Shown here piece after piece: positions 1 through 11,446 of a stretch of 42,901 nt of DNA. The stretch is from positions 139,132,457-139,175,357 of the forward strand of contig NC_068984.1 of the NCBI RefSeq assembly GCF_001194135.2, read 5' to 3'. The stretch comes from Octopus bimaculoides (Eukaryota). The notes beneath the pieces were generated by a model. It saw only the letters and a program-made list of their open reading frames with translations, was not told the DNA's origin and made no database searches. How positions within the stretch are numbered: the first letter of the stretch is position 1; each line of letters opens with the position of its first letter. Both the position numbers and the translations under genes were made by a program.

Positions 1-404
1 ATGAAAAATTTAAGAAGTCATTGTTGGCGACCCGTGGCATGTGAAAAGTACTCATGTTTTGTATGAGAATTTAAGATGTTTAACTTTTGTTCCGCCCAGA
101 AAATATTATGCTGGTCCATGTTTCAAATTTGCCAAAACAACAATTTGTGTCAATAAACTGCTTGTTTTCTCAATTCATTCACAAAACTTGATTTGATTGT
201 GAAATAATGAACATGAAAATGGCGAACAATTTTTTTGTTCCCACACAATTTATTCAAAAATATGCAGCGTCGATTGAGGCCAAATACGAAAGAAGATATT
301 TAACATTCATGTTTAAAACAATTTAATGATTGCAATATTTTTATTGAAATGATCTTAACCATAGAACAGCTCAACCTCTTCTTCTCCACCTTCTTTCCAT
401 TAAT

Positions 405-1545
405 ATTTTTATTATTATCATTCAGTAGTCTTATTTTTATCACGTGCTTTCACTTCACTACCAAACGCAGCTCTGTGTGCCTTGGGTATGTGCTGTGGTT
501 TGTTGTGATGCTCTTTTTGTTACTGTATTGAAAGAGTTTTTTACGTAGGATGTATGCGGTGCCTAGTAGTCTTATTTTCTGTATGTTAAATATATTTATT
601 AGTCCCGGTGTTCTTGTTATGTATTTGTCTGAATATTTTTGTATCATACCTAATGCGCCTATTATGATAGGAATTCTTTCTGTTTTTAGACTCCTTATTC
701 GAATTACCTCTATTTGCAGGTCTTTGTATTTTGAAAGTTTCTCCATTTCTATTAGAGAAACGTTGTCATCTGTTGGTATTGATACATCAATTAGAAAGTA
801 TCTTTCTCTTTATGATCTCTGACAACTATATCTGGCCTATTGGCCTTAACGTCTCTATCTGTGTGTATTGGCATATCCCATAGTATGGTTGCTTTCTCAT
901 TTTCTGTGACCTTTTCTGGCGTGTGCCTGTACCGTCTTTTTTCTGTTGTTATTACATAGAGTTGGCATAGCTTCCAGTGTATATAGGTCCCAACTCGTCT
1001 GTGAATATATTCATTATCAGCCAGGACTGGGCAGCCTCAGGCAATATGGTTTATTGTTTCTTGTCCATCTCCAACTATTCTGAAGTTACACGTTATGTTC
1101 CTTTTCATTATATGTTTTTGGTAATTTTGCTGCAGTTAAAACTCCCTCAGTGTCCGCTTTGAGTCCTGAGCTTCTCAACCATTGTTGAGATTTCGCTTTG
1201 TCCATTTCTTTTGCGTTTCTTTTAACCCAGTATTTGCTATGAAGGGGCTTTTATTGCCATCGTTTTATCATGACCTGTTGCTGTTCTAGTTTTAGTTTGG
1301 ATTTCACTTGTTTTACAGCTTTTGTCGTTTCTTCCTTTTCTTCATAGTTGTTAGATAGTATGAATTCTTGTTTGTATTTGTCAACTTCCTGAAAGAGTAA
1401 AAACAGTCTTTTGTTTTGTTCGTGTTTTGTGACTATTTGTATTAGTTTTCCTTGTTTCTGAAGTAGGTATTTTCGTAGTTCTATGGTGGCTATTTTGTAA
1501 CAGTTTTCTAGCTGTATAATGCCCCTCTCTACCACATTCTGTTTC
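405..1545 (-). mobile_element. 5'-truncated, decayed R4/Dong-like non-LTR retrotransposon (R2 superfamily, REL endonuclease)
   Basis: Minus-strand pieces read RGIIQLENCYKIAT (post-RT), then a CCHC remnant GDGQETINHIA*GCPVLA, then WDMPIHTDRDVKANRPDIVV..LIDVSIPTDDNVSL..EKLSKYKDLQIE..IPIIIGALG..LLGTAYILRKKL, the typical R4/Dong C-terminus. Contains frameshifts and stops; short (TAA)n-like tail near 410. Confidence 0.88.
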
Positions 1546-1660
1546 ATCAACGACTGCAGTTCGGCCCAAGATACGAGCTGTGGGAAAGCGCACCGCACAA
1601 ACGGCGACCAAACCTGTTCACCGTCGTCTATGAGGCGCCTGAGATATCGCAGTCTCAGCG

Positions 1661-1723
1661 CATGTCTCCGCATGTCTCCGCATGTCTCCGCATGTCTCCG
1701 CATGTCTCCGCATGTCTCCGCAT
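1661..1723. repeat. Perfect 10-bp minisatellite (CATGTCTCCG)x6 plus a partial unit
   Basis: Six identical units 1661-1720, preceded by a degenerate unit CAGTCTCAGCG. Confidence 0.97.
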
Positions 1724-2192
1724 CATCAACCACGGCATGCCCAGCCTTTCATTTAGCTGGTGTTGACAGCAAATGGATCGCCTAACCATCAGAACGCTTA
1801 GGTAGTAATTTGTATAGAGAGTAAGTCGTGTGCGTAGTTAGCGTTCTAGTGTCGAGTTTCAGTTATGTATGTGATGTACGATTTTATTCTATGGTGATTA
1901 TTCATCTGTATTATTCGGTTGTTTATGCTGTGTGAATTGTCATTTTTCTCATGGAAATTTATAGCAGTTTATTGCATGCTATCTAATATGAGCATGTAAA
2001 CACATAGTAAGTTAAATGTCAAGACAGATATTTGATTTATATACGTATGTTGTTTGTCCTTTACTTAACTCCATCAATTTCTTGTCGATCTTGCGAAAAA
2101 CAGTTACAGCGAGAGTATTTTTTATTGGTGTTGTTATAGTTGTTAGTGTCTTGTTTTTGTTTATGTTCTTGTTATAACAGTTATCTTTTTCT

Positions 2193-2285
2193 GCTTGTTG
2201 TTGTTGTTGTTGTTGTTGACCCCGGTGTTGATGTTACTGTTCTACATTGTTATTGGTCTCGTCGTCGTCGTCGTTGTTGCTGCTG
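2193..2285. repeat. (GTT)n and (CGT)n trinucleotide microsatellites
   Basis: Direct inspection. Confidence 0.85.
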
Positions 2286-2542
2286 TTTCTGCAGGACCCG
2301 TCGCAGTCATCTTTTCCCATGACTTTAGGCAAGACAACTTTTTCCAGTTTTGAGACTCGTCAAACAGCGACAATTAAAAGCAACTGCATTCTTCGTATTT
2401 GTTTGATGTTGTTTTCATAGAATTAGTGCAGTGTGAGTGTAAATGTCCTTCTCTGTTGAGAAAACATCTAGACTTAAGTTTCCTACGGTCAATCTAAAAC
2501 TTTGTCCAGGCCTTTTGTGCGAGGGTATCCGATATATCGCTA

Positions 2543-3432
2543 TACGAGGTCTGATTAATAAGTATCCGGACTGTTGCCATAGTAAGAAAGCCAAAGCAAT
2601 CAGAGTAAAGCAATCGGCAAAGATTGACCTTGAATTCTGCTGTACATGCGCAGTTTTAACGTCCTTCCGATCTTTACAGCAGTGCTTGGAAGGAATGTGT
2701 GTAGCGTGTCATCATCGCATTGACCATGACAGAGAAAGTTCTCATGGCAATATCTGCTCAGAGGCCTACGTAAAGTTGCGGAAATGTTTGGAGAGGAGTG
2801 TATAAGCCGCACACAAGTGTATGAGTGGTTCAGACGTTTCCAAGATAGCCAAAAAACTGTCGATATTAACGAACGTTCTGGGAGACCCACAACCAGCAGA
2901 ACTGAGAAAAACATAAAACATCGCAGATGTGTGTTTAACTGTGAGGGGAAATCGTCGAATCACCATCCGTGAGTTAGCAGAGGATGTGCAAATTAGTTAT
3001 GGTTCAGTTCAATCCATTATCACTGAAGATTTGGGTATGAGACGCATGTCTTCCAAGTTTGTGCCAAAACTGCTTTCAACTGACCAAAAAGACACTCGGA
3101 TTTCAGTTGCACAAGATCTCCATGATTGTGTCAAGAACGAGGGAAACTATTTCAAAACTTCGCGTAGGCCTCTGAGCAGGTATTGCCAAGTTTTTGTTAA
3201 AATTTGATGTAGATTCTCTTCTCAACTTTCTGTCAGGGTCAAAACGATGATCACATGCTACATACCTTCCTTCCAAGCACTGCTGTAAACAGCTGAAGTG
3301 AGCTAGAACGTTAAAGGTTAGAGCGCATGCGCAGCAGAGTGTAAGGTCATTTTGTGCCAAGCGGCTTTACTCTGTATGCATTAGCTTCATTATTATGGGA
3401 ACATTCCGGATATTTATTGATCAGATCACGTA
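2543..3432 (+). mobile_element. Non-autonomous mariner derivative made of two inverted 5' ends (long inverted repeats) around a transposase N-terminal fragment
   Basis: TA-bounded TIRs TACGAGGTCTGATTAATAAGTATCCGGA (2543-2570) and TCCGGATATTTATTGATCAGATCACGTA (3405-3432), 24/28 matching. Inner mariner HTH ..MFGEECISRTQVYEWFRRFQD..ERSGRPTTSRT..NRRITIRELAEDVQISYGSVQSIITEDLGMRRMSSKFVPKLL. Region 3163-3432 is the reverse complement of 2543-2770. Confidence 0.9.
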
Positions 3433-3691
3433 CATATATGACGTCATCATCTTGTAGACATACAGTCGTATCTTGATTCATTCTTCACATTTACCCGATG
3501 TCAAGCAGCAGAAAAATCTCGTTGATGAAATATATGCTAAACCAAATGGTCATCTCAGACGATATTACCGTCGCCTTAACGTTTTCGAAATGTTCAACTC
3601 TGTTAACAGATCCTAACGTTTAGCCCTTAAACAGGATTTACAGTTTATGAGATAAACGTTTGCCTTACCAGCAGGAAAATGAGAGCTAATA

Positions 3692-4079
3692 GTGGTGCTC
3701 CGTCAGCTACGATGACAAGGTTTCCATTTGATTCGATCAACGGAACAGCCTGCTCGTGAAATTAACGTGCAAGTAGCTGAGCACTCCACAGTCGCGTGTG
3801 CCCTTAACGTAGTTCTCGGGGAGATTCCGCGAGCGTGGCACAGAGTGTGTCAAGAGTGGCCCTTTGAAATACAAATATAACAGAAACAGGAAGAAAGAGT
3901 GAGAGAAAGTTGTGGTGAAAGAGTACAACAGGATTCGCCACCACCCACTGCCCGAGCCTCGTGGAGCTTTAGGTGTTTTCGATCAATAAACACTCACAAC
4001 GCTCGGTCTAGGAATCGAAACCGCGATCCTACGACCGCGAGTCCACTGCACTAAGCACTAGGCCATTGCGCCTCCACTG
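3692..4079 (-). mobile_element. Full-length tRNA-derived SINE with 12-bp target-site duplication
   Basis: Minus-strand head CAGTGGAGGCGCAATGGCCTAGTG (A box) ... GGTTTCGATTCC (B box). TSD TGAGAGCTAATA at 3680-3691 and 4080-4091. Confidence 0.9.
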
Positions 4080-4264
4080 TGAGAGCTAATAAGCAAAAAA
4101 GAGACAGTCTTTCTTGCGTGGTTATTGTATTGCCTCACATCTGTCATATCCGTTTTGAATTCAACCTGCTGCTTTCTTTTGTGTATACACCTAAATGTTA
4201 GCTATTTTTCTAACTGACAAAATCAGAAAGAGTTGTATTTCCTTTTTCTCCACCTGACATATTA

Positions 4265-4590
4265 TCTTTTACTCATTTATTTATTTCAGTCATAAAACTG
4301 CAGCCATGTTGGTACACTGCCCTGAAGAATTATTATCGTCGACATTGTTCTCAGCACTTCTCATTAATTATCGATATTTATTGTGGCAATTTCTGTTCAT
4401 AGCATCTTTTTACAAGTTGTGTGAAGTATAAAGCCACATACAAACACATATGAACACACACACACAAGCATACACAAGCTGTCGGTTTGAGTCTCTAGAC
4501 GAAGACACTTGCCTAAGGTGCCACACAGTAGGACTGTACCGAGACAACGTCTTTCCAAACTGAACATTTTAACCATTCAGCCACACCTGT
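4265..4590 (-). mobile_element. Decayed CORE-type SINE
   Basis: Recognisable GAAGACACTTGCCTAAGGTGCCACACAGTAGGACTG head/core remnant and TTTCAGTCAT..CAGCCATGTTGG tail remnant. Confidence 0.6.
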
Positions 4591-5994
4591 TCAAATCTTT
4601 GTATATGCAACAAAACAATTTTTTAACAAAAACATTTAATTTTCCTCCACAGTTATATTTTCATTACTTTAATATTTTCTCTATCTTATGTTGACATGAT
4701 TATCTGTGTCGCTGTTGTAGCTGCTCTTGTAATTTTCACATGTATCGACATTTTATTTTCATTCATATAACGTTTTTATGTTCGTATAATGATGTTGATT
4801 ATGTTAATATGGACGGAGTTAGTGATAAAATTGCTGGGTTTATTTCGAGAAGCGTTATCATACATAAAATATTTAATTCTCTGTTTAACCCTCTTTAAAA
4901 ATAATGCTAAGCACTACAACCTTGAAATTAGTAGTCATCGCTACAATATTGATTAAAACTGGTGGCCTTTCTCTTTTAAAATTCAAAACTAAGCATCCAC
5001 CATATGGAATGGCGTTATTAACTCCTACAAACCGAGCAGCCTGGTCAGAGGAACGTCTATGTTGATATTCTATTGAGAAGCAGTGGTATGATAGAGCGAT
5101 CATATTGTCTAAGATTGTTCTGAGCGCTAATCTGTTCTGGAGGATTTTTCAGCCAGGAATCTATCCCTAAAGAAATGTGGCCTTTCACACTTTATGATGG
5201 ATTCGTCAGCAATAGCTAGATATACTTTACACGCGACAATAGCTTTTTGTAGAAATAACTGCCGAAGTGAATAATGCTCGGGCACAGAACAAGTATGTAC
5301 AGGATAATATCATCATCTGCTCGTATTTCACGTAGGTCCATCTAACTTTTGAATCTTTAGAGTTTATCACAAATGGGAAATCCTCCCACGAGCGCTGCCA
5401 GGCTAGGAATTTCATAGTTATTCATAGTCACTTCGCTGAAGAATCTTCCGAAATAGATCGGTCATTTGATACTCGTCAGCGTTTAGATTTTGTCTGAAGA
5501 TTTCGTTTTCCTCACCATTGTCTTTTGGTACCGGGACGCATGGAAAGAATAAATGTTTAAAATTTTATTCCTCTTTTATTGACTATAGCAATCTGGAGTT
5601 TGTTTTTGATTTATATATTCAGTATATACGTAATAATTAAATTATATATTATACACTTCCTTGTTTTTGTTATGCTCGTGGTCTTCCGGTCTGTGGAGAA
5701 ATTGTCTCGCCTGAAACAATCCGTGCTGGGAAAAATGGCTGAAAATCTTAGTTCTATACAATACCAACATAGAGATTTCACTTAACGTATTGTCTCGCAG
5801 AGAGCTATAAGTGAAAGGGACCGGATGGTTAATTTTGAATTTCACTCTGGTTTGAAATGGAGATCTTCAATGAAATCTACTGATAACCTATAATAACGAC
5901 TCTAAGATTGTAAAGGACAAAGACGGCTATGGTGTGATTTGAACTTAGAATATAATGAAGCATAACTATATGCCACAAAATATGTTATCCGACA

Positions 5995-6330
5995 CTCTCC
6001 CAACCATGCTGGAGCATCACCTTGAAGGGTTTTAGGAGAACAAATCGACTCCATTACTTATTCCATCGGTTTTTTCCCCAGAAACCGCTACGTTATGGGG
6101 CTTAAACAAACCAATACCGTTTAGGTTGCCACTACACACATACACATAAATATACACACATCCATACGATAGAATTCTTTCAGTTTCCAGCTACTAATTT
6201 CACCCCCGAAACTTTGTTCCTCTGGGGTTATAGTAGGCGACAGCTACCCAAAGTGTCAGGCAGCGAGACGTAACCCGAAAGTGCATGGTTGGAAAGCAAG
6301 CTTCTTACCACAAATCCATATCTGCGTCTA
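5995..6330 (-). mobile_element. Decayed CORE-type SINE
   Basis: CCATGCTGGAGCATCACCTTGAAGG tail and GCAAGCTTCTTACCAC head similar to the intact copies in this window. Confidence 0.6.
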
Positions 6331-6736
6331 CATAAATAATCTAAATTACAGATAAAACTTAGTAATTGCATAATAGTTTCTGATTTTAATTCACTGCCAA
6401 AGATCCGTACAAGATATGCGTATTTATGATAATTCTGAGAGAGGTGTTAATGTTTCAGCTATTGCGGGTATTAAATTTACTGCACCAAAAGCAAAAGTCT
6501 GAGCATAGAAACAGATATAATTTTCCATTACATCATTGTATCAGCAACTTTGAATAGCCATTCCCAACCCGATTTATTTACACATGCATAAAATCGCACA
6601 TTCACGTATACACACAACCATGCATACTGACAGACAAACAAACAATCGTATATATATTAGCGTTTGTAAATTCTATTAGTCATTCCACCGCGGACAAAAC
6701 AAGGTATCATGTATACATACATATATATATATGTAC

Positions 6737-7132
6737 ATAGGCGCAGGAGAGGCTGTGTGGTAAGTAACTTGCTTACCAACCACATGGTTCCGGGTTCAGT
6801 CCCACTGCTTAGCACCTTCGACGAGCGTCTTGTACTATAGCCTCTGGCCGACCAAAGCCTTGTGAGTGGATTTGGTAGACGGAAACTGAAAGAAGCTCGT
6901 CGTATATATATTTGTGTGTGTGTGTGTGTGTGTGCTTGTCTCCCACCGCCATCGCTTGACAACTGATGTTGATATGTTGACGTACCCCTAACTTAACATT
7001 TCGGCAAAAGAGACCGATAGAATAAGTACTAAGCTTACAAAGAATAAATCCTGGGGTCGATTTGTTCGACTAGAGGCGGTGCTCCAGCATGGCCACAGTC
7101 AAATGACTAAAACAAATAAAAGAATAAAAGAA
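6737..7132 (+). mobile_element. Full-length octopus-type CORE-SINE (tRNA head + CORE-like domain + internal AT/GT microsatellite + 3' tail)
   Basis: ATAGGCGCAGGAGAGGCTGTGTGGTAAG..GGTTCCGGGTTCAGTCCC (A/B boxes), GCACCTT..CTATAGCCTC core, tail ..CCAGCATGGCCACAGTCAAATGACT..AATAAAAGAATAAAAG. Near-identical to copies at 16800, 20654 and 40122. Followed by an older 3'-half copy at 7133-7330. Confidence 0.9.
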
Positions 7133-7574
7133 TGTCTGTGTGTGTCCCACCACAACTTAACCACCAGTGTTGGTGTGCTTACGTCACCGTAACTTTGCGG
7201 TTCGGCAAAAGACAACCGATAGAATTAGTACTAGTCGTAGAAGAAAGATAAATAGAGGCATCGATTCATTCGACTACAATTCTTCAAGGTGATGCCCCAG
7301 CATGGGCGCGGTCAACGATAAATAAATATATAAAAGATAGAAGTAAAGACTTTCCTCGTGAAATAACTTTATCTAAAAGTTATTAATTGTTCTGATACAC
7401 CAGCGAAATATTCTGCTGATATATATTTCGAATATTCTCATTAATTTGTTTTACAGATATTGATTTCTCAGTCATTTTTTCTTCTCCGTTTTGCTGTTTT
7501 TAGAAGCAAATTGTATTTTATAACATGAAAAATATTCCATACCGTCTATCGTCAATATAAATTATATCATTATT

Positions 7575-8725
7575 TGTGTGTGTGTGCGTGTTTATCTTAT
7601 GTATATATATATATATATATATATATNNNNNNNNNNNNNNNNNNNNNNNNNNNNNNNNNNNNNNNNNNNNNNNNNNNNNNNNNNNNNNNNNNNNNNNNNN
7701 NNNNNNNNNNNNNNNNNNNNNNNNNNNNNNNNNNNNNNNNNNNNNNNNNNNNNNNNNNNNNNNNNNNNNNNNNNNNNNNNNNNNNNNNNNNNNNNNNNNN
7801 NNNNNNNNNNNNNNNNNNNNNNNNNNNNNNNNNNNNNNNNNNNNNNNNNNNNNNNNNNNNNNNNNNNNNNNNNNNNNNNNNNNNNNNNNNNNNNNNNNNN
7901 NNNNNNNNNNNNNNNNNNNNNNNNNNNNNNNNNNNNNNNNNNNNNNNNNNNNNNNNNNNNNNNNNNNNNNNNNNNNNNNNNNNNNNNNNNNNNNNNNNNN
8001 NNNNNNNNNNNNNNNNNNNNNNNNNNNNNNNNNNNNNNNNNNNNNNNNNNNNNNNNNNNNNNNNNNNNNNNNNNNNNNNNNNNNNNNNNNNNNNNNNNNN
8101 NNNNNNNNNNNNNNNNNNNNNNNNNNNNNNNNNNNNNNNNNNNNNNNNNNNNNNNNNNNNNNNNNNNNNNNNNNNNNNNNNNNNNNNNNNNNNNNNNNNN
8201 NNNNNNNNNNNNNNNNNNNNNNNNNNNNNNNNNNNNNNNNNNNNNNNNNNNNNNNNNNNNNNNNNNNNNNNNNNNNNNNNNNNNNNNNNNNNNNNNNNNN
8301 NNNNNNNNNNNNNNNNNNNNNNNNNNNNNNNNNNNNNNNNNNNNNNNNNNNNNNNNNNNNNNNNNNNNNNNNNNNNNNNNNNNNNNNNNNNNNNNNNNNN
8401 NNNNNNNNNNNNNNNNNNNNNNNNNNNNNNNNNNNNNNNNNNNNNNNNNNNNNNNNNNNNNNNNNNNNNNNNNNNNNNNNNNNNNNNNNNNNNNNNNNNN
8501 NNNNNNNNNNNNNNNNNNNNNNNNNNNNNNNNNNNNNNNNNNNNNNNNNNNNNNNNNNNNNNNNATAGATAGATAGATAAACAGATGAATAGATAGATAA
8601 ATAGATAGATAAATAGATCGATAGATAGATAGATAGATAGATAGATAGACAGATAAATATACAGATAGATAGATAGATAGAGAAATAGATAGATAGATAG
8701 ATAAACAGATGAATAGATAGACTAT

Positions 8726-8769
<44 letters not shown>

Positions 8770-8770
8770 C
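7575..8770. repeat. (GT)n(AT)n microsatellite, assembly gap (N 7627-8564) and (AGAT)n microsatellite
   Basis: Direct inspection; ORF calls across the gap are artefacts. Confidence 0.95.
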
Positions 8771-8794
8771 AAACATATACGTTTGTGGATGTAA

Positions 8795-8948
8795 GTTTTT
8801 CTGTTTCGCAAGAAGCTTGCTTCTCAACCAAATTGTTCCGGGTTCAATCCCACAGGGTGGCAGCTTGGACTGATGTCATTTACTATAGCCTCGAGCCAAC
8901 CAAAGTGTAGTGAGTGAATTTGGTAGACAGAAACTGAAAGAAGCCCGT

Positions 8949-8987
<39 letters not shown>

Positions 8988-9225
8988 GTATGCATCTATG
9001 TGTATATCTATATATGTGTCTTTGTGTTCCGCATCACCTCACCGCTTGCTGACCGGTGTTGGTGTGTTTATGTCCCTGTAATTTGGAGGTTCGGCAAAAT
9101 AGACAATAGAATAAGTACTAGGCTTTAAGAAAACAAGTTCTAGAGTCGATTCGTTTGACGAAAACCCTTCAAGGCCGTGCCCCAGCATGGCCGCAGTCAG
9201 ACGACTGAAACAAGTAAAACCTAAA
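8795..9225 (+). mobile_element. Diverged CORE-type SINE with expanded internal (GT)n
   Basis: GTTCCGGGTTCAATCCC B box, ACTATAGCCTCGAGCCAACCAAAG, GAATAAGTACTAGGC, CCCAGCATGGCCGCAGTC tail. Confidence 0.8.
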
Positions 9226-9479
9226 AAAACTTTAATACAAAATATACAAGATATCAAACAAAGTATGCATAATTATGAGTGTGTGTGGGGGGGCGTAGTG
9301 TATGTATGTATATACATTCAATAGGTGCCGGCGTGGTTATGTGGTAAGAAGTTTGCTTCTTGGCCGCATGAGTGTGTGTGTGTGTGTGTGTGTGTACAGG
9401 GTACGGTGAATAAACAGTCGTCTAAATTACTCAAAAATCTGTATATGTTTGTGTGTATGTGTGCGTGTGTCCAAAGAAT

Positions 9480-9600
9480 GCGCGTGACCTAGTGGTTAGA
9501 ATGTGCAATATCTGAGTGTAAGGTAGTGGGTTCGAATTCTGAACCAAGCAATGTAATGTGTCCTTGTGTAAAGTAACTTCGTTGTATGTTGCTTCATTCT
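9480..9600 (+). mobile_element. tRNA-SINE head fragment (third family)
   Basis: GACCTAGTGGTTAG A box, GGGTTCGAATTC B box, then GTGTCCTTGTGTAAAG. A similar decayed head lies at about 26005-26120. Confidence 0.55.
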
Positions 9601-11034
9601 ACGTCTGCTCGTCTCTCTTTCTCCCCAGCTATCACATCCTCGATGGGCCAAAGGCGTCTGTCTATGTCTGCTTAAAACTATCTCGACGCCTAAAATATTT
9701 ACAAAAACGTGTTGGAAGCTAACTAGGTGGTACTCGCTTGCTTTTGACAACTAAGCTTTCTAAGCCGCTTAGTGATTCATGTATTATTCATACAAGACAA
9801 AAGTAGCATTTCTCATCTTTTTTTCTTTTCAGATAATCTTTGCAACAAATAGGCTAATAAAACATTCATTACATTTTATATTTAATATTTGTGATATCTT
9901 TAATGACATTCAGTTTCTGATATTATTTTTGCCGTCATTATAGCTGGTAAAAGAATTGTAATGAAGGAAGGTAGACGATTTCTTTTACACGAATGTCTAT
10001 TGGGAAGTTAATTCTTTTGGACAAAATCCCTTAGTAGATGCCTTTCACATTCTAATGTACTTAAAACAATGGAAACTTCGGCGTGATTTTGATCATCAAA
10101 TGGCATATACCATTTCGGTCAGCTACTCCTAAGCTGGAACTTTTGTTCTTAAATATAGGAAACAGTAAAACATACATATGCCAGAATTTGTTGAGGTTTG
10201 CAAGGTTAGAAGCAATTTAATACTAACATATAGAGCAGCGAGAATTAATATGAAAGAATATGTACATTTATATTTCAGACGTCTTAACATAGTAGAACAC
10301 GAAACGGTTTTACTGCGGTATTTTGTCTTTTTATAAAAGTTACTGTATTTCTGTAGTTTGCTATATATGAAAAGTTCCGGTATCTACCACGGAAGAGGCG
10401 AAAACATGCAGAAACACTGTGTCTCCAGGTCTGCTGACGTCATGTGGAGCTCGGTTCTAAGTCTATATGAATTTTGTAACAAAATTCCTCAACAAATGCC
10501 TTTGTATTGACCCTATCTGCTACGTCTGCTTCTGATAAATATGTGCGTGTGTGCTCGTATGTGCATGTTCATCGGTATACATTTGAGTGCTTGTGTATGT
10601 AAACGTACGTTACGTAAACGTATGTATATGTGTGCCTGTGAATGTGCATGAACCTAACCATAAGTGTTTGTGCACATTTTTTTATGTATCTATGCACAGC
10701 CCGAAATATGTTTTCCTCGAGTATAAAGAAAATGTCGCATTCACAGTTAACTCGTCAAGCAACAATGGAATCTTAGATCGTCGTTCGACACAGAAAAATC
10801 ACCCAGTTTTCTCTTAAATCATATGTTGCTTCAAAGCAAAGAGTCTTATCAATCATGGTGGTGATGCTTTTGATCATAGGTCTGTGAATTACGCTTGAAT
10901 TGAGCTAAACACCAACTCACTAGAAATATCAAGAGATGAGCTCAAATCTTTTAAACTGATATCTTATCATGTAGGTTGCAAAATATATTGTCCTCGTTCA
11001 TATTTATATACTATACCTGTCGTGAACGCAGCAA

Positions 11035-11235
11035 ACAGGCAGACTCGTTAATGCATTGAATAAAATGCTTGTTGGTATTTTTTCCGGTTCCTTACGCTCT
11101 GAGTTCAAATTCGACTTTGCCTTTTATCCTTTTGGGTCGATAAAATAAAAGCTAACTGAGCACTGTGATCGACTCAATCGACTTACCGCTTCCACTCAAA
11201 TCTGTTGGCCTTGTGCTAAAATTCGGAGGAATATT
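11035..11235 (+). mobile_element. Decayed Meta/MESC-like tRNA SINE
   Basis: CTGAGTTCAAATTCGACTTTGCCTTTTATCCTTTTGGGTCGATAAAATAA..GGCCTTGTGC, matching the intact copies at 39535-39985. Confidence 0.7.
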
Positions 11236-11446
11236 ACATCCTCCATTATATTGAGGTGTATTGGCGAATTCGTTAGACAAAATGCCCTGCAATATTTAGT
11301 TAGTTGTTTGCGATTTGAGTTCAAATCGCACTGAGATCGGCTTTGCATTTCATCCTCCTCAGATCAGACAATAACCCCAGGCAGAAATTCGCCAGCTGGT
11401 TATCGGGGCGACGCTGCACCCTTTATATACAACATATATTGCAAGT

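Noticed and set aside
1661-1723. Regular repeat array considered as CRISPR-like
   Set aside because: Tandem 10-mers without spacers in a eukaryotic context.
1251-1733. 160-aa minus-strand ORF starting in the minisatellite
   Set aside because: Chimeric: the minisatellite-derived N-terminus runs into the decayed R4 ORF; not a host gene.
3692-4079. tRNA-like A/B boxes here and in other SINE heads as tRNA genes
   Set aside because: No complete cloverleaf; they continue into SINE bodies and one has a TSD.
5685-5750. GGTCTGTGGAGAAATTGTCT..GAAAC, reminiscent of hAT/Charlie termini
   Set aside because: Only about 60 bp, with no partner TIR or TSD found.
7518-8831. Long ORFs spanning N-gaps and microsatellites (also 19458-20036, 25455-26003, 26610-27056, 33822-34325, 39035-39397, 41829-42535)
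   Set aside because: They are open only because of Ns and low-complexity YI/CV/HT repeats; not genes.
10435-10442. Full CRE palindromes TGACGTCA at 10435 and 3439
   Set aside because: More than 12 kb from the only gene and without supporting context; single 8-mers are not evidence.
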